Below are positions 24,232 to 38,390 of a stretch of DNA of 64,000 bases, piece by piece. The translations under genes were made by a program, and so were the position numbers. The stretch lies in the NCBI GenBank assembly GCA_951406725.2, contig OX597824.1:71734001-71798000 (forward strand). The letters are read 5' to 3'. How positions within the stretch are numbered: the first letter of the stretch is position 1; the number at the start of each line of letters is the position of its first letter. A model generated the notes under the pieces. It was not told the DNA's origin. It did no database searches and saw only the letters and a program-made list of their open reading frames with translations. This stretch comes from Octopus vulgaris (lineage: Eukaryota).

Positions 24232-25380
24232 AGACCTCTGTACCTGGCTTTTGTTGACATGGGAGAAAGCCTTTGACAGGGTCCCCCAATCCCATATCTG
24301 GTGGGTGACGCAGAAACTGGGGATTAACAAATGGTTAATAAGAGCTGTACAGGCCCTGTACAGGGATGCTGTTAGTAAGGTAAGGGTCAGCAATGAGTAT
24401 AGTGAAGAATTCCAGGTAGAAGTAGGGGTTCACCAAGGATCAGCCCTCAGCCCCATCTTTTTCATCATAGTCCGCCAGGCAATAACAGAGGAATTTAAAA
24501 CAGGTTGCCCTTGGGAGCTCCTCTATGCTGATGACCTTACTCTCATAGCAGAATCACTACCAGAACTAGAGAAGAAATTTCAGGTGTGAAAGCAAGGTTT
24601 AGAATCGAAGGGCCTTAGAATCAATGTTGCAAAAACCAAAGAGTCCTAGTAAGTAGGAAGGCGAACACATCACAACCCTCTTCAGGTAGATGGCCCTGCT
24701 CGATCTATACAAAAGGTGTAGGTAGAAACTCCATAAGATGTACCCAGTGTAATCTATGGACACATAAGAGGTGCAGCAACATCAAAGGAAGGTTAATCAG
24801 GATGATAGCTTTTGTATGTGGTGGATGCACAGGGGCAATAAACACCACAGATGCTCAGAAAACGGATTCCATCCCATGCCAGGGGGAGAAACTAGAAGTT
24901 GTTGATAGCTTCCACTACATAGGTAACTAAGTCTGTAGTGGGGGTGGATGCTTAGAGAGCATTGCCACTAGAATAAGAACAGCCTGGGCAAAGTTCAGAA
25001 AGCTCCTACCTCTACTGGTGACAAAGGTATGATGCATGTGTGCGATCTGCCATGCTATACGGCAGTGAAACATGGGCTGTGACTGCTGAAGACATGTGTA
25101 GGCTTGAAAGAAATGAAGCTAGTATGAGCCGCTGGGTGTGTAATGTCAGTGTGCACACACGACAGAGTGTAAGTGCTCTGAGAGAAAAGTTGGACATAAG
25201 AAACATTAGATGTGATGTGCAAGAGAGATGACTGCGCTGGCATGGTCATGTGCTGCGTATGGATGAGGAGAGCCGTATGAAGATGTGTGACTCCCTAACA
25301 GTGGAGGGACTCGTAGAAGAGGGAGACCCAGGAAGACATGGGATGAGGTGGTGAAGCATGACCTTCGAACGTTGGGCCTC
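24232..25380 (+). mobile_element. RTE-type LINE reverse transcriptase fragment (decayed)
   Basis: EKAFDRVP, GVHQGSALSP, LLYADDL and MLYGSETW, with frameshifts and stops. Confidence 0.88.
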
Positions 25381-27646
25381 ATACATTCTTTGGTTTAAGA
25401 GAGCTAAGCAGCCACTATGTAATCACTCCTAAATAAATAGCAATCAAATTCCCTGAAAACTCACCCTCCTGTCTGAAAAAGGACACATAATGTAACTTTA
25501 AATACACTATGTATGAAAACAACAGGATGTTTCTACTTGTGGTGGTTACTTGTCAACAACTGCCACTTGTAAATTCACATCAATGATACACTTTCTCAAA
25601 TTTCGAAAAATACAACTTTCAACTGCTTCCTTTGTTTGCCTTACATGCCTTTCATTTCATTCAGCTGAGAATAATTCAATTATTTGAGCAACCAGTTGCC
25701 TGGTATTTCCACAACCTGATCAGACTATTGAAGCTGATAGTTATACTCAGTTTTACGGGCAGGAGATATTGGTTTGTTCACGCAAAGGGCCACCCTACTA
25801 TCTGCTCAGCCACTAGATCACAATCATCATCATCATCATTTAACATTCACTTTTCCATGTTTGCATGGTTCAAAATTTGTTAAAAGTAGATTTTCTACAG
25901 GAAGATGACCTTCCTGTCACTAATCCTCACCTGTTTCCAAGCAAGGTATTTTCTAATAGTGAGACCTGTTTTTCACAGAAGATTTAAAATGAACAACCTT
26001 GCTTATACTAAAATGAAACTCATTTAATAACTATCATATGAGGTACACACAAACACTTACACACACATGTCTATATAGACTTCTTTCAGTTTCTGTCTCC
26101 CAAATCCACCCATCAAAGGCTTTGGTGTGCCTAAGTCTAAGTAGAAGACACTAACCCCAGGTGCTACACAGTGGGAAAAAACACAAGATCACAATGTTGG
26201 AAAGTAAGCTTCTCAACAACACAGCCATGCCTGTGTGGCTACAATGTGCCTGATTTTCTTCAGACACCTCTGTTGACATATTTCCACCAATAACTTATTC
26301 ATATTTTAGAGCCATATCAGCCAGGGGGTAAAACATGCTCACCCTTCCTTGTTCTCTGTCCCTAATCTCTCGTACACTCACCCTGTAGCTTGAGAATATG
26401 CACTGACAACTTATCACCACCAAACTCATCTCTCTTCCCAGCAACTCCCACCCTTATATAATGCATGGCAGTCATGAACCTTCTCTACAGCAAGACACCT
26501 GTTCCTATCCTTCTATCACACTTTAATCTCTCGCTGTCTGGTATAAAACCACCTCACTCTCTACTACACCCCCACTTAGTCAGCAGGGGGGGGCTTTTCC
26601 CTTTGTATTTGTCTTCTGAGTTACTTGGCAACCTCACTAGTATGGGCATCACAAAAAAAAAACATCCAGTATACTCTGTAAAGTGACTGGCATCAGGAAG
26701 GGCATCCAACCATAAAAGCCATACCAAAGCAAACACTGGAGCTCCAAGCAATCTTCTGACTCAAATCCTTTTGAACCAGCTAACCCATGCCAGTTAAAGT
26801 ATAATGATGATAATGCACACACACACACACACACAATCGAAAGGTCATGAGTTCAATTCCTTGTGTTCTTGAGCAAGACACTTTATTTCATGTTATTCCA
26901 GTCCTCCTCCTCCTCTTCCACCACCACCACCACAAACAAACACACACCTATTTTTCCCATATGTAGTATATATATATATATATATATATCATCATCATCA
27001 TCGTTTAATGTCCACCTTCCATGCTAGCATGGTTTGGACAGTTTGACAGGAGCTAGCCAGACATAAGCCTGCACCATACTTCTGTGTCTGTTTTGGCAGG
27101 GTTTTTATGGCTGGGTGCCCTTCCTAATACCATAATGCTGGTATGGGTTATTTCTCTTGGGTTGTTTAAATAAAATATTAGTAATATGTAGTAGATAGAA
27201 GGATCCATTGGAAGGGCCCTGTTATCAATTTTTTCAACAATCTAAGTATGTCACGAGGTTTTCAGACAGGAGTGCTACTCACGTATCAAATAAAGTATAA
27301 AAGTGATATTATCTGCTCTAATTAGAAATAGGACACACAAAAAAATCAATATTCAAAGTAATTGAACATAAACAATGAAATTGGTTATTTCCCTTAAGTA
27401 TTTAAAAAAAATATTGTACAGGTGCTATGGGTTATTTCCCTTGGGTGTTTAAAAAAATTAGTTATACGAGGTAGATATAAAGGTCCCTTCTAGTGGCCAT
27501 ATTATTGACTTTTTTCAACAATCTAAGTATGTCATGAGGTCTCCAGACATGAGTTCTACTCACGTGTCAAGTTTCATCAAAAGCAATAAAACAATGCCAC
27601 AAACAAACACACACCAATTTTCCACATATGCAGTAGATATATATAT

Positions 27647-27679
<33 letters not shown>

Positions 27680-28719
27680 GTTTAATGTCCACCTTCCATG
27701 CTGGCATGGGTTGGGCAGTCTGACAGGAGTTGGCCAGACATAAGACTGCACCAGACTTCTGTGTCTGTTTTTGCAGGGTTTTTACAGTTGGATGCCCTTC
27801 CTAACACCAACCACCCAGCAGAGTGGACTGAGCGCTTTTTACAAGGCACAAGCACAGACAAGATCAGTTTTGGCAAGGTTTTTACAGCTGGATGCCCTTC
27901 CAAATGCCAACCATTTTACAGTGTGAACTGGATGCTTTTTAAGTAACACCCACACTGACAGGGTCACCAAGTAACTTTGCAAGACAAGGAATCTTTGAAA
28001 GGGAGAGGGCATTGGAGGAGGTGATCTTGAGTCAGATGATGAATGGCAACAGAGAGACAGAAAAAGGTGTCTTGCTGTAGAGGAGGTACAAGGTTACCTG
28101 GCTGGAGAGAGAGAGAAAGGGAGAGATCAGGAATGAGGACAGATATAGGTGTGCTGCCTTAAAGGAGAAACGTAGTTACCCAGCCTGAGAGAAAAGCAGG
28201 AGAAGGACAGAGAGTGGGAGACAGCAAGAGTACAAGAGAGAGCTGGAGAGAGATGGTGGTAAAGTGCCAGGCATACTAACAAGGGATAGGGATCAGACTA
28301 TAAGTGGTATAGTCAAGTAAGAGAGAGATAGATGGTGGCAAGTGCCAGGGCATAACCTTGAGGGTCAAAGTGGCAGGACATTGCAAAGAAGTATGAGTAG
28401 AGAGTGGAGAAGGAGAATGTAATGAGGGGTGAAAACTTGGGTATATAGAGGTAGTGGGGAGAAGGCTACCATATAATAATGATACAATGAAATAGGGCCA
28501 AGGAGACAGGATTAGGGTGTGAAAGGTAAATATAGTTCATGAAAGAGGAATATATATATATATGGAGGTTATGAGAGGTAATGGTGTCAATGAGACCCAA
28601 AGATGTCAGGTAATGTTGAATAAATGCTATGGATAGACCACAGTTAAGTTCCAGGTTTGGTGATTATGTGAATAAGAGGTCCAATGCACGTCATATATCA
28701 GTGTGTGTATATAAAAAAA

Positions 28720-28836
28720 TTTTTCCATAATGAGATAAAAAAACCCAAGGCTGTGTAGATTTTATAACATTTATAAATATTTATAAATGTTCTAAAATCT
28801 ACACAGCCTTCATTTTTTATCTCATTACGGAAAAAA
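28720..28836. repeat. Near-perfect palindrome
   Basis: TAATGAGATAAAA..AAGGCTGTGTAGATTTTATAACATTTATAAAT|ATTTATAAATGTTCTAAAATCTACACAGCCTT..TTTTATCTCATTA. Confidence 0.8.
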
Positions 28837-29229
28837 AAAATTATATATATATATATACATATACTGAAGGACTGCTATTTCCAGGAAAGCATGGGAAAAT
28901 AGATGTAAAAGATTTCAAAATATAAATACACACACAAAATATATGTGCACACAAGTTTTATGAACCTTGCAACATATGTGCTAATGAAGAAGCCTCTAAT
29001 GTTCATTTAATCTGCTAGAAATAGCAAACAAAACACTTCTCTATGGATGGTCAAGGCTAGAACTGACTCGGTTCTAAGCAACAGCTACAACAACTCTGCA
29101 ACAGTTCAAACATTTTTCCCTTATATAAGCAAGACTCATAAGGCCACTACTCTGCATTGGTAAATTAATAAATTAAGAACAAAAAAGAGAAAAAAATTAA
29201 AGAATTATAAAAAAATGCCAAACACCAAC

Positions 29230-29318
29230 CTGGATTTTTCCAAACACCAGCGAATCAGATTTATCTGATGTTGAAGTTTTTGGCAGCCCTTGTCCAATGC
29301 TGGGTGCTGACATGGTGT
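29230..29318 (-). CDS. ZFYVE26: ZFYVE26 exon 6
   Basis: CTACAG|ACA..AG|GTTGGT, 89 nt, phase 0 to 2. TPCQHPALDKGCQKLQHQINLIRWCLEKS. Confidence 0.87.
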
Positions 29319-31010
29319 CTGTAGAACAGAGTTACAAAACAACATAGAAAAATTAATTCTTCTCTATAAGAAAGTAGTTCTACCTTTATCTCAAATCAGT
29401 TTTGCAGTTTCTATGGTATTTTTTAAACCAACATGTTCTCTCATAAAATAATATTCCTCAAAATTGTTTGAGAAAAAAATTCTAAATATTTTTTCATAAT
29501 TAATTTCTATCCACTTCAGCATCCAAAAAGACAAACATTAAGAATCGAAAACAATTCTTTTTACTATATGTACAGGGTGAGGGGTCTAGTCAATTACCTC
29601 ATCCCCAGAGCCTGACTGGTACTTATTTTATTGATCCCCAAAACTATTAAAGGCAAAGTTGATCTCAGCAGAATTTGAACTTAAAAATAGTATCAAGCAT
29701 TTTGTCTGGTACAGTCATGATTCTACCAGCTTGCTACCTTAATAGTATTAAGAATAATAATAATCCTAATACAAAGCCTGAAATTTTGATGGGGAGGGGA
29801 TGAGTTGATTACATCAACCCTAGTGCTCAACTAGTCCTTGTTTTATCAACCCTGAAAAGATGAAAGGCCCGAAGACAGATTATAAAGAGCCTGAAGAAAT
29901 GTCACTAAACATAATGTCTAACACACTAACGATTCTGCCAGCTTACAGAATTCATATTGTTCATAACTATTAGCAAGATATGTGTTCCACACTAATAAAC
30001 ACACATAAATCCAAGCCAATAAGAGAGCTTCTCCATGACTGTTTGATTTGTTAGAAATAGAAGCCAAATCTCTCTCATATGACATCCTATGTCTTAAAAA
30101 AGGAAGGACACATTGAGTAAATTAGTCCTAGATACGGTATGCCTAGAATAAAAAAGATAAAGATGGGAAGGTCATAAATGTAATAACAATAGGCTGGTTC
30201 AATCTGTGCTGACATGGGGCTAAACAACAACACAGGTAGAGAGATAAGTGCCATACCATATTAAGGCAAGTAGATGCACATGAACTTGGTCACAGAGATT
30301 TCAAGTGTTTTCACTCAAGATACAATACTTTACTGGAGACATTTTATAAAATGTGAGTATGGACAATTTATCCTACTGTATCTCTATATCAATTTTACCT
30401 TTCAGATGAGAGATAAACTGAATCCTAGCAAAATAAAGAGCAAGCCCCAGCTGTTCGCTGAGTTCTGAAAAATTTATGGTCTCATCTAGTGACTATATCA
30501 GAGAAGTGACCAGTTTTAAAATAATAGCTGGTACAAATGTTGGTTGGTTTGTTGGTTGATTTCTCTAGTCACACCTTACATCAGATAGAAATGTAAGGAA
30601 GAGAGAATATAAAAGATACAGAATTAATATAATCTAAAAGGTGGAGGATGAGGCCACATACAAGGCTTGGTGACAGGCAATGTAAAAGAATGTTATACAT
30701 TCACATAGTGAGAAAGCATCATAGACACATGGGAAAAAGAGAAGAGGGAGTAAATGACAGAATAGTTTTACAAATGAGAAATTTGATTTATTCAATTTTA
30801 TTTTAAGGTAATAAATATTTTTCTTTTAAAAATTTGTATTCATTCCATATTTTTTATAAGCACCAAGAAATTTGATAAAATTTATTTGACTATTATTATT
30901 GTATGTATGCCATATTTTCTGGTATTATCCATGGTGGCAAAAATATACTTCTAATATAATGGATAACACTATAGTGACAATATATATACCATTCAAATCA
31001 GACATCTTAC

Positions 31011-31178
31011 CTTAGATTCCAACAAGATCTCTAGTAAGCAGGTTGCATTAGCACAGGTGTAACAGTAAGGCCATCCAACAAGAAGTACCAAAGATTTCAG
31101 TGGTTGCAGTTCTTCTGGTTCAAAGAGCTCTTTTAATTCATCAAATCTCCCTGAACTGATCAGGCTAATGGCAGCTTC
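31011..31178 (-). CDS. ZFYVE26: ZFYVE26 exon 5
   Basis: ACACAG|GAA..AAG|GTAAGA, 168 nt. EAAISLISSGRFDELKELFEPEELQPLKSLVLLVGWPYCYTCANATCLLEILLESK resembles EFRPLSCLLVLLGWTHC. Confidence 0.9.
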
Positions 31179-31435
31179 CTGTGTAAAGAATTAGAAAAAT
31201 AAATTTTGTAAATATAATACTATGAAGAAAATAAGTTAAATTTTTTTTTAAAGAATTGATATACGTTTATTTAAAACATTAATGTTTATTTTTAGGTCAA
31301 ATTATATATAAAAGCAGTCTAACATTATACTGAAGGATTACTCAAAATTTTTAGCAGAGCACATGTTTATTAAACATTTTACAAGAAAAAGCTCGACAGT
31401 GACTTCAAAGCTTTGACTTGCTTGCTTTCATAATG

Positions 31436-31466
<31 letters not shown>

Positions 31467-31488
31467 TTTATACATAAAAACAGTTTAA

Positions 31489-31679
31489 CCCATTAGCATT
31501 CAAACTGGCCATATTGAAACTGACCAGATCTCACCTTTCATCTCAGCCCTACCATGTCGTTCTAAAACTAAAAGATCACATCACTGAAATCTCTAAACTA
31601 CAAGATAATGCATGATTAATTCAAACCATTTTAAATAAACAAACATCACATTTGACAGAATAATCTGAACACTAAAGGG
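31489..31679. mobile_element. piggyBac-like MITE, second family
   Basis: TTAA|CCCATTAGCATTCA...TGAACACTAAAGGG|TTAA. Confidence 0.65.
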
Positions 31680-32662
31680 TTAAAATTAAACTGAAGGATT
31701 ATTCAATGCTTTTAGAAGAGTACATGTTTAGTAAAATTTTGCCGGTTAATAGAAAAGGTTAACCAAGGCAAACAATCTGGTGCATATGTTTGAGTGTCTG
31801 TGTTTGTCCCACCAACATTGCTTGACAACCGATGCTGGTGTGTTTACGTCCCCGTAACTTAGCGGTTCGGCAAAAGAGACCGATAGAATAAGTACTAGGC
31901 TTACAAAGAATAAGCTCTGGGGTCGATTTGCTCAACTAAAGGCAGTGCTCCAGCATGGCTACAGTCAAATGACTGAAACAAGTAAAAGAATAAAGAGTAT
32001 ACATTCATTTATCAACTAAACAGGAATAAATAAAAATTGACTACAAATATATTGGGCATGCTACTTTTGTTTTTACTAGAACAGAGAATGTGTGTGCATA
32101 TGGATTTTAAAGGAATCGATATACATTCAATTATCAACTGTCTATATAACCAAAAGGAGTCAAAATATATTGGACAACATGCTTTTACTTTTACTAGAAA
32201 AGATTATATGTAGACATGAGTGAGTATAGACATACACATCAGCTTACATAAATATGGTATATAAATTACAGCCCTTCCTGCTTAACTTTATGCAATGGAA
32301 CAGGAGCAACATTGACACCAGCCATGTATGTTTTCAATGAGTATTCAGACCCTCATAAAGGAATTAGAGCTTCAAAATCCCTACAAATGCAGGGTTTCAC
32401 AACCGTATGTTATCCCTGCATATATAACATTGCCTAAATTGACAAAGACCAAGACTCCTCTATACAGCAAAGAAATGTGACACTTTGAAAGGTGTGGTGT
32501 TTATCCCTAACAGCAAAGTAAAATTAGTGAAAGCAGAATAAATAAATGCAACTCCCAAAATACCAAAAAATTGTAGAGTAAAACCATAAACCCACGAGTG
32601 AATAAGAAAATAAATTTTAAAATGAAAGGAAGAATTAAATAATGTAATTGTTGGTTTCTTAC

Positions 32663-33313
32663 CACATAGCTTTCCAAAAAATGCTGGTTGTCTTTCATGC
32701 ATTTGAAATAGAGCTGTGGCCAACTTGATGAACGGTCTGTGCACTTTGACAGGGTAAGCAGTTGCCTCAAGTTATCATTTAGCTCACTGTGTTTTGAGAT
32801 GGACTTATCACCAGTTATCAATTGGTTCATGTGTGAAGAGGCTAGTTCATCACTTAACTGTGTCAAGAGAAATGGTTTCTTTTTGCTGGCCATTAATGAA
32901 AGGATGCGGTCCTCAGGAACCAATCCTCTTTGGCAGAGATCAACAAGGCCAGAAATTGTCTGATTCAGGTTCAACACTGTTGCCTCATTGTCAGGATTGA
33001 AAAGTGACAATATCGTGTACACCTGATCGCACTTATCCACCTGACTGAGAAGTGAGTCTTCGGAATACACAGCTGAAATACACCGGTTGATACAGGATAT
33101 GTACACCTGTTCCATCATTGTTTGGTGAAGTTTGAGGTTTGGTTTGTTTGGGCATTTCAGGTGGTTGATTATAGCACTGCCCAGTTCTGGTTTGGTAAGC
33201 AGCAGTTCCTTGAGGAAGTTACATGTCCTCTGAGACAAAGTCTGACTAATTCCATCATTTGACATCCGTTCATCTTCACTGTTTGGTATGAGTTTGTGGA
33301 ATATGTACAGCTC
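32663..33313 (-). CDS. ZFYVE26: ZFYVE26 exon 4
   Basis: TATAG|GAG..GTG|GTAAGA, 651 nt, phase 0. ELYIFHKL...SSWPQLYFKCMKDNQHFLESYV; overlaps ORF 32507..33265. Confidence 0.9.
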
Positions 33314-33929
33314 CTATATGTTGATTGATGGCAAAAGACATAATTAGAAACTATTACATGTATATAAACATAATTAGTCTCACTGCAAAAAAACTGTTTT
33401 GAATTAAAAACTAAATTAACGCATGCATATGATCATTCTTCAAAAGTACCATAACAATTTACTCTCCTTCAACAGCACAAAGACACAATCACTACACATA
33501 CCAAAGGATCAGACGCATATCTTTCTCTCTCTCTCTCTCCCCCATGTTTCTTACTAACTGACATCAGTGATCAGGGACTTACATACCCTAGTCTAAGGAT
33601 TCATGATAATTTCTTAGGAAAGATACACCGGTGGTTTCCTGTTAATATGTATTAATTTGTTTAATCTACTCTGCTTGTCTCCAGCTCTCCCAAGTTACCC
33701 CTTGAGACATAGGGCCTATTTCATCCTCAAACATAGGAACTGGTTCACATGACAGGGCATGTCTACATACTGGTTAGCCTGTGTGACACATGTCTAGAAG
33801 CCAGCCCTCCTTCAAGTCCTTTTTGCCTAAGCCACCTTTTATAATCATGAATAATTCATTAAAAAAAAACTTTCTAAGTTACTACAAAGCTAAACCTTGC
33901 ACACCATGGTGAACTCTGATGGTAGTTCC

Positions 33930-34330
33930 TTATATAAAACACTGCCAAACTATATTACAAAAACTAAAATTCTTGTTTAATATCAAAAAATACTTCAATC
34001 ATGATCATCTGCTGATCTTTTAAAAGGCTAAAGTAAGACCCATAATGGAATGCTCTCCTATATCTGTGACAGTGCTGCTGTTACAGATAAATTTACTCCA
34101 CTGCATTCAATAGAAAGCCATCCAAATGATTGTTTATGATTCATTCACCATTACTTTGCAACCACTGGCTCACAAATGCAACTGTCCCCTCTCCCTGCCT
34201 CTTTTACAGCTTCTGCTCTTCAGAACTAGTTAACTGCATAATCTTCTTCTCCCACTCCTATCACCTCCCCAAGTGCTGCCCGAAGCATGATACACACTTA
34301 TATCTCCCCAGAATTACTGTACTCTAGAAC
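33930..34330 (+). mobile_element. Highly decayed LINE (CR1/L2/Jockey-like) 3' fragment
   Basis: KKYFNHDHLLIF*KAKVRPIMEC-like remnant. A similar piece lies near 36880-37070. Confidence 0.4.
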
Positions 34331-34559
34331 TCCCTGACTCTGCCTCACAAACAGTGATAAATGAACAAACAAATGACCAAAAGATACTCAAGCCAAACAT
34401 TAACAAAATTAGTTTTAGAAGTCAGTGAGAGGCTGCAAAAGCACTGTCCCTTTTCTCCTGACAAACCTGTAACAAAAATATGGAAAGGAACTAAACTATC
34501 ATATATAATAATAATGAAATTATTGTATACAGTGCTCAGGTGCACCACAACTTGTCAAT

Positions 34560-34970
34560 AGCGTGTATAAAGCATGTGCCTTAATGTACAAATGTCTGGG
34601 AAGTGAACAGGGTATGAGTCAGATACATGCTTGTGTGTGTATGGAGGGGAGAAAATCAGGTGTAGTGTTGGCAAATCTCAGAAAGCATGGAAGTTTTGAA
34701 GGATGTAGTGCTCCGACATCTAACAACTGATGCCGGCAGTTTGTTACATACTTCAGCAACTCTTAGCTTGAAAACATGTTTCCTAAAGTCATGGGAGCTG
34801 TGCTGTTTTCTGACTTTGTAAACATGTCCACGAATGTTAGACAGGTGGAGTTTGAAAAGGTGCTCAGAGTTATTGTTGGTAAGATGGTTAATAGTTTTAT
34901 GGGTGTCTATCAAGTCAGTTGCCAGACGTTGGAGTTTCAATGTATCCATGCCCAGGGAAGTAAGGATCTA
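34560..34970 (-). mobile_element. CR1-like LINE 3' fragment
   Basis: TLKLQRLATDLIDTHK..RGHVYKVRKQHSSHDFRKHVF..RVAEVCNKLPASVV. Confidence 0.75.
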
Positions 34971-37083
34971 ATATCTCTTTAGCCCAGTGTTTCCTAGCCT
35001 TTTTGATGCATTTCCCCATTTTACCAGTTCACCATTTCCATTTTTCACTACAAATGACAATGAAAAAGTGGACTTGCATAACAATACTATTTATTGCACA
35101 CTATAAAAAAAAACAACCTTATATCAATTTAACAGTAACATATATAATATAATGGAGAAAGTTGTTGATTAATTAGGTAACAGTTACTAAAAGAAAGTGA
35201 TTATTAAAGGCTTGATTGTCTGGAAATTTTTTTATAAATTCATGTTCCAAAAATTTTCCTGTAATTTTGATTTCTGAGGTTTATTGAATATTTGAATAAG
35301 AAATTTTTCTCTAATTTAAATTTTTGTTGCATAAACAATATTACCTTGTTGCAATCAAAATTTTCTGTTTTCATTTGCAACAGTCTCCCACTCTCACTCG
35401 CCTCTATTTTCATTAATGATAATGTGATATATATTCATTTCAATGTTTTCATTTCAAGTTTTAATTTGCTACTTGCAAAACCCATAGTTTATTCTATATA
35501 CTTAATGTAAAAAAATTATTCATTGAATGAATGCTATTCAACAAAATAGCTTTATAACTTTGAGGCTTTCATGATATAGTATATTGGTATAATTAAAAAA
35601 AAAAAATTAAGAAGTGATTTTGTTGGCATGTTTGGAATGCTATAAGCTTTACAATAATAACAATGTAATTGCTGCTATTTCTAGCATGCTAAACATGCTA
35701 GGGTTACCTTGAAGTTTCTTTAAATTACAGATATATTACAACTACGATAAATTACTGAAAGAAATATTTACTAACCAAGTGAGATTTTTTATAAATTGAA
35801 GTTTTCATGAAAATTTACTTTCTGAACCTCCTTTTATTATTGAATATTTCAAGTTCACAAATTTAAATATTCAGTACAAGATAACAATAGTTTTTAACGA
35901 GCTTTTATTTATACAATTTTTTCATTTCATGTTTATTTCATTCATTGTTTTCAATGTTCTCTCTCTCTTTCTCACACACACATGGTCTCTATAATATAAA
36001 CACACACACTGTCTCTGTAATATAAACACACACACATTCCAGGTTTGACTAGCAGAAAACTGCCCAGAGGAGAGTCTTTCTGTTAGTCTTAAAAATAAAC
36101 TTGTTTATTTTATGTCTACTTAAACATTCTTGGAAAGGTCAGAACATTAAAGGAAATGAGTCTACAAAAACAGTGAGAATAATAAAGTGTTTCTCCACTC
36201 AAATATCCAAACTTCCTTCTGGGATGCTGTAAAAGGAATTATGACATAAAACTCTTTACAAGCTTAGATTACTTAAATATCATATTTATAAACATTCTGA
36301 TATGTACAAAATACAACATTAGTTTGAAAAGGAAATCCAGAGTGTAAAAGACCATACTTTGAAGAAATATTACTTAAATATGAGTTGCAATATATATTTG
36401 TTTCTAAAATAGATACAAGGCCTGAAATTTGGAGTAGGAGTTTAGTTTACTGAGCTAGCCCCAGTACTTCACTGGCACATTGTTCTATTGATTCTGAAGA
36501 GATGGAAGGTAAAGTTGATTTTGGTAGGACTTGAACCCAGAATGTAAAGAACCAGAAGAATTACCACAAGGCATTTGCCAAATGATTCTGCCAATCTGCC
36601 ATTCTAAGTTGCAACATATTTGTTTCAAATTTTGGTACAAGGCCAGCAATTTTGAGGAAGCGAAGAAAGTCAATTACATCAACCCCAGTGCACAACTAGT
36701 ACCATATTTTATCAACCCCAAAAAAGAGGAAAGGCAAAGTTGACCTTGGTGGAATTTGAACTCAGATCATAAAGACAGACAAAAATGCCACTAAGCATTT
36801 TGCTCAGCATGCCAACGATTCTGCTAACTCACTGCCTTAAGTTGCAATATATATTAATATCTGACCATACTACAATATCAAAGTCACATGTGTACAAATA
36901 CCAAGAGAGACCCACAATGGGACAGTGCTGCTATTATACACATTAACATCCCACACTTTGTTCAGGCCTCACTCATCAATAGAATTCACTCTGTAACCCA
37001 CAGTAACACCGTCTCTTCAACCTGCTAACGGCCTCTACTTCTCAGAACTAGCTAGATACATACCACTTCAACTTGTCCTTTAA

Positions 37084-37284
37084 CCCTTTTGATACCAACC
37101 TGGCTGAAACCACCCCTAGCTCTGTAGTACAAATGTCTTGTTTTCATGAGTTTTTAATTAAAATCTTTTACCAAATCTTAGTCACAATTTATGTTCCTAA
37201 CACTAGCTTAATGATAATTAAGTTATCTTACTAAGTTCTTTGTTATATCTAAAATTAATTGAAAGAAACATAGTAACAAAAGGG
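37084..37284. mobile_element. piggyBac-like MITE
   Basis: TTAA|CCCTTTTGATAC...GTAACAAAAGGG|TTAA. Confidence 0.78.
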
Positions 37285-37862
37285 TTAACCACATTAATCT
37301 CATCTCCTCTCATCACCAGTTTTGTAAGTCTCTTTCCAAGCCCCATACTAACCACTTATCCCATCCTTCTTTCCCAAAACAACCCTCCAGAAATTCTTTG
37401 TTATCCGCATTCATTTTTTTGCAGTTACTGACTTAATATGTTTGAACATCAAGTACATAAATTTTACATATCATAGATGATCTACAAAAGCCATAGGCAT
37501 TGTGCCTTTCTTTCTGAGTAAACCTAAAAGGGGACACACACACATGCATATTTCCCCTGTTGTATCTACAGGAAGTGTGAGTCTGAATCCCATAAGTAGC
37601 CTTCAACGTTTTCTATCTAAAAGGATTTTTCGACCAATATTTGCATGGTTTTATTTATAGCTTTATCATGTGCTTCAAGATCCACTATTCCAAGGGAGAA
37701 TTCCACATTCTCCCAAAAGTTTATAAATTCTTATGATATCTATAACACACACACACACACACATACATACATATAAAAAACGCACATACATAATGAATGA
37801 GTATAAATAAAATCTTATGATATGGCATGAGGCACATAGAGATCAAAGATTTCTCAATCGTT

Positions 37863-37912
<50 letters not shown>

Positions 37913-37973
37913 GTAAATTGACAAAAAAAAAACTAAGAAAAAGTTAAAATAAGAAGGAAATCATGGGCCAGAC

Positions 37974-38063
37974 CTGTATTGTGTTTGAATCAGTAGCGCT
38001 GGATGCATCAGAAAGAAGTATACGAAACTCAACATCACGTTTCAGTGTTTCTACATCAGATGG
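37974..38063 (-). CDS. ZFYVE26: ZFYVE26 exon 3
   Basis: polyT-GCAG|CCA..CAG|GTCTGG, 90 nt, phase 0. PSDVETLKRDVEFRILLSDASSATDSNTIQ resembles RRKLEFLLLSEDL. Not in the ORF track. Confidence 0.85.
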
Positions 38064-38155
38064 CTGCAAAAAAAAAAAAATCAACAAGATTGCATCAGAA
38101 TGACATATATATATTCATTGATTCACACACACATATTCATTTGTCTTTCATTTAT

Positions 38156-38205
<50 letters not shown>

Positions 38206-38390
38206 TAGGGAGAGATTCCAACAGATACATATAAGAAGACACACACACAATGATAGGTTTCCACACAGTTTCTATCTAGACTATAGTATAAAAAAAAACT
38301 TCCTCAAGATGTTGCACAGTGGGACTGAACCCAAAACTAGATGGTTGTGAAGAAAACTTCTTAACCACTCATCTATCACTGCTTAGTTTA

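Noticed and set aside
34367-34466. Exon-like segment with a good minus-strand acceptor in intron 3
   Set aside because: It has a stop in the required phase 0, and exons 3 and 4 already join in frame.
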